In this document: one piece after another, positions 59,215 through 64,000 of the stretch
Position numbering within the stretch: the stretch's first letter is position 1
Layout of the letters: every line of letters begins with the position of its first letter
NCBI GenBank assembly: GCA_029979245.1
Contig: JAPOHX010000001.1
Location: 12,678 to 76,677 of the forward strand
Reading direction: 5' to 3'
Source of the DNA: Betaproteobacteria bacterium
GTDB lineage: Bacteria > Pseudomonadota > Gammaproteobacteria > Burkholderiales > Burkholderiaceae_E
DNA length: 64,000 bases
Notes under the pieces: generated by a model
What the model was told of the DNA's origin: nothing
Seen by the model: the letters and a program-made list of their open reading frames with translations, nothing else
The model's database searches: none
Position numbers and translations under genes: made by a program

Positions 59215-60324
59215 ATGAAAAATTTTAGCACGCAGGCCCTGGCGGTGCTGCTGGGCTTTGCCCTCGCAGCGCTCGCGCCAACCGCGGCGGCAACCGGCCC
59301 GCTGGAGATCGCCCGAGATGCGCCCGAGCGGCATGTCGTGGTGCGCGGAGACACGCTTTGGGGCATCGCGGGCAGGTTCCTGACCAAGCCCTGGCGCTGG
59401 CCCGAAATCTGGCAGCTGAACCGCGAGCAGATCGTCAACCCGCATCTGATTTACCCGGGAGACATCGTCTTCCTGGACACGTCCGGCGCTTCGCCCCGGT
59501 TGCGCCTGGGCAGACAGGTCGGCAGCGGCAGCTCGGTGCAAGGCGGGTCGAGCGCCAGCGGTGCAGTCCAGAGTCGTGAAATCCAGCTCCCGGAACGCCG
59601 CTCCCCGGCGGTGCGCAGCGAAGCGCTCGCACCGGCACCGGTCCCCACGATCGACATCGCCGCAATCGAGCCGTTCCTGAGCCGGCCGCTGATTGTCGAT
59701 GAGCGAGCGCTGGCGGCCAATCCGCGCATCATCGCAACCCAGGATGGCCGGGTCTACCTGAGCCGGGACGAAATCGCCTATGTGCGGGGCATTGCCGACG
59801 AGACCGTGCGCGACTGGCATGTCTATCGCAATCCGCGCCCGCTGCTCGATCCGGACACCCGCAAGCCGCTCGCCTTCGAGGCGGAGTTCGTCGGATCGGC
59901 GCGGCTTGAACGCGGCGGCGATCCGGCCACGATGCGGATCACCGGCGTCAACGCCGAGATCGGCCCGGGTGACCGGCTGCTTCCAGCCGACAAAACCCGG
60001 ATGGACAGTTTCGCACCGCGCCCGCCCGAAAGCCCGGTCCAGGGCAGCATCGTGTCGGTCTATCGGGGGGTCGCTCAGGCGGGTCGCAACAGCGTCGTCG
60101 CGCTCAATCGCGGCACCAGCGCCGGGCTGCAGCTTGGCCATGTGCTCGAGATCCGCGAGCGCGGGCGGATGGTCCCGGACCGCGAGACCCGCAAGCTGGT
60201 ACAACTTCCGGGTGAGGCGATTGGCCATCTTTTAGTTTTCCGCGCGTTCGATAACATCAGCTACGCATTGATCATGGAGTCGTCGCGCGACATCAATGTC
60301 GGCGACGGCGTATTCAACCCGTAG
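59215..60324 (+). CDS. LysM peptidoglycan-binding protein (TsaP-like)
   Basis: Signal peptide, VVRGDTLWGIA, NPHLIYPGD LysM; canonical position between def and dprA. Confidence 0.88.
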   Translation: MKNFSTQALAVLLGFALAALAPTAAATGPLEIARDAPERHVVVRGDTLWGIAGRFLTKPWRWPEIWQLNREQIVNPHLIYPGDIVFLDTSGASPRLRLGRQVGSGSSVQGGSSASGAVQSREIQLPERRSPAVRSEALAPAPVPTIDIAAIEPFLSRPLIVDERALAANPRIIATQDGRVYLSRDEIAYVRGIADETVRDWHVYRNPRPLLDPDTRKPLAFEAEFVGSARLERGGDPATMRITGVNAEIGPGDRLLPADKTRMDSFAPRPPESPVQGSIVSVYRGVAQAGRNSVVALNRGTSAGLQLGHVLEIRERGRMVPDRETRKLVQLPGEAIGHLLVFRAFDNISYALIMESSRDINVGDGVFNP

Positions 60325-60339
60325 CCAGCGTTTCTCCAC

Positions 60340-61494
60340 ATGCCCCTGTACGAGGCCGGGCGCGCCGAGCGCGCTGCCTGGCTGCATCTCGCACTCACCG
60401 CGGGCCTGGGCCCGGTCGGCATTCGCGAGCTGCTCGGTGTCTTCGGCCTGCCGGAAGATGTCCTTGCAGCCTCGCGCCATGCGCTGGCGCGGGTGGCCGG
60501 TGACAGGCTGGCCGCGGCGATCAAGGACGCCGATGCGCAACGGGACGCGCTGATCGAACAGGCGCTCGCCTGGGCGCAGGCACCCGACAATCATCTGGTT
60601 TGTCTATCCGACCCGGATTATCCGCAGCAACTGCTGCAAATCGGTGATCCGCCGGCGCTGTTCTATCTGCGTGGCTCGCGCGAGGTGCTCGCGCGGCCGG
60701 CGATCGCCATCGTTGGCAGTCGCTCGGCCTCGCGGGGCGGTTGTGACACCGCCAAGGCCTTTGCCGAGTCGCTCGCGCAGGCCGGTCTCACGGTCGTCAG
60801 CGGCCTGGCGCAGGGCATCGACGCGGCGGCGCATCATGGCGCCCTGCACACGCCGGCCGGCACCGTCGCGGTGCTCGGCACCGGCGTCGATCTGCCGTAT
60901 CCGCCCGGCAATCGCCAGCTGGCCGAAGCGATCGTCAGGCAGGGTGGCGCGCTACTCGCCGAGGTGCCGCTGGGCACCGGCCCAAGAGCGGCAAATTTTC
61001 CGCGACGCAACCGCCTGATCGCCGGGCTGTCGCTCGGTGTGCTGGTGGTCGAGGCCGCGCTGCGCAGCGGATCGCTGATCACCGCCCGCCAGGCTGGCGA
61101 GTTTGGCCGGGAGGTATTTGCCATTCCGGGCTCAATCCATTCCCCGCTGGCCAGGGGCTGTCATCTGCTGCTCAAGCAGGGCGCGCGGCTGGTCGAATCC
61201 GCGACCGACGTGCTCGACGAATTGCCCAGACTGCCGAGCGCGGCGCCAGCGCCGAACCGCTCGGCAACCGACCGGGGCGATCCGCAGACGCGCTCGTCGC
61301 CCCGTCAGGACCCGGTACTGGTGGCGATGGGCTGGGATCCAGTAGGCCTGGACACGCTCGCCGCCCGACTGGCTGCACGTCCCGGCGCGACCGACCAGCC
61401 CGGCGCGCTCGCCGCCAGGCTGCTGTCGCTGGAACTGGACGGCCTGGTCGAGCAGCTGGTCGACGGCCGCTACCAGCGACGCCCGCCGCTCTGA
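60340..61494 (+). CDS. dprA: DNA-processing protein DprA
   Basis: AIVGSR, VSGLAQGID, FPRRNRLI, SGSLITA, PGSIHSP. Confidence 0.95.
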   Translation: MPLYEAGRAERAAWLHLALTAGLGPVGIRELLGVFGLPEDVLAASRHALARVAGDRLAAAIKDADAQRDALIEQALAWAQAPDNHLVCLSDPDYPQQLLQIGDPPALFYLRGSREVLARPAIAIVGSRSASRGGCDTAKAFAESLAQAGLTVVSGLAQGIDAAAHHGALHTPAGTVAVLGTGVDLPYPPGNRQLAEAIVRQGGALLAEVPLGTGPRAANFPRRNRLIAGLSLGVLVVEAALRSGSLITARQAGEFGREVFAIPGSIHSPLARGCHLLLKQGARLVESATDVLDELPRLPSAAPAPNRSATDRGDPQTRSSPRQDPVLVAMGWDPVGLDTLAARLAARPGATDQPGALAARLLSLELDGLVEQLVDGRYQRRPPL

Positions 61495-61599
61495 GCGCTG
61501 GTCGACAGCGACGTGCACAGCAGCAGACCTGGCTCAGGATCGCCCTCCGACGGCGATGTATTCGGGGCCATGTACACTGAATTACGAACCGGGCTCAGC

Positions 61600-61629
61600 T
61601 TGCACGATTGCATGAGCCCCTCTTATGAT
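61600..61629 (+). promoter_or_regulatory. Candidate sigma70 promoter for topB (TTGCAC-N18-TATGAT) overlapped by an inverted repeat
   Basis: GGGCTCA (61591-61597) and TGAGCCC (61613-61619) flank the -35 element. Confidence 0.45.
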
Positions 61630-61646
61630 GGCGCCGATTTTTCACT

Positions 61647-64000
<2,354 letters not shown>

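Overview
A GC-rich bacterial chromosomal window with gene content and order typical of Betaproteobacteria (Burkholderiales; inferred from the def-fmt-htpX-rsmB-DUF4390-ntrY/ntrX-trkA/trkH block and topB). It has four parts. (1) 1-14.9 kb: a patchwork of oxidoreductases, hydrolases and glutathione transferases with no local regulator. (2) 15-21 kb: metH interrupted by a single in-frame TAG in the cobalamin cap domain, a serine hydrolase and a solo ParDE toxin-antitoxin pair. (3) 21-47 kb: a catabolic region with a GntR-controlled Fe/2OG dioxygenase + SAF-domain dehydrogenase operon; an FAH-IorAB-TRAP-Ldh_2-thioesterase-CoaA cluster (plausibly aryl-lactate/aryl-pyruvate catabolism); and a hydroxycinnamate (CouA/CouB/TarPQM-like) module with a PcaD fused to a degenerate CMD domain. 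(4) 47-64 kb: housekeeping genes, including a G3E GTPase relic lacking its P-loop and an fmt gene whose only possible start codon is CTG. I found no rRNA, tRNA, CRISPR array, integrase or transposase. All family assignments come from motif recognition by eye, not database searches. The metH TAG and fmt CTG could each be single-base sequence errors and need read-level checks.
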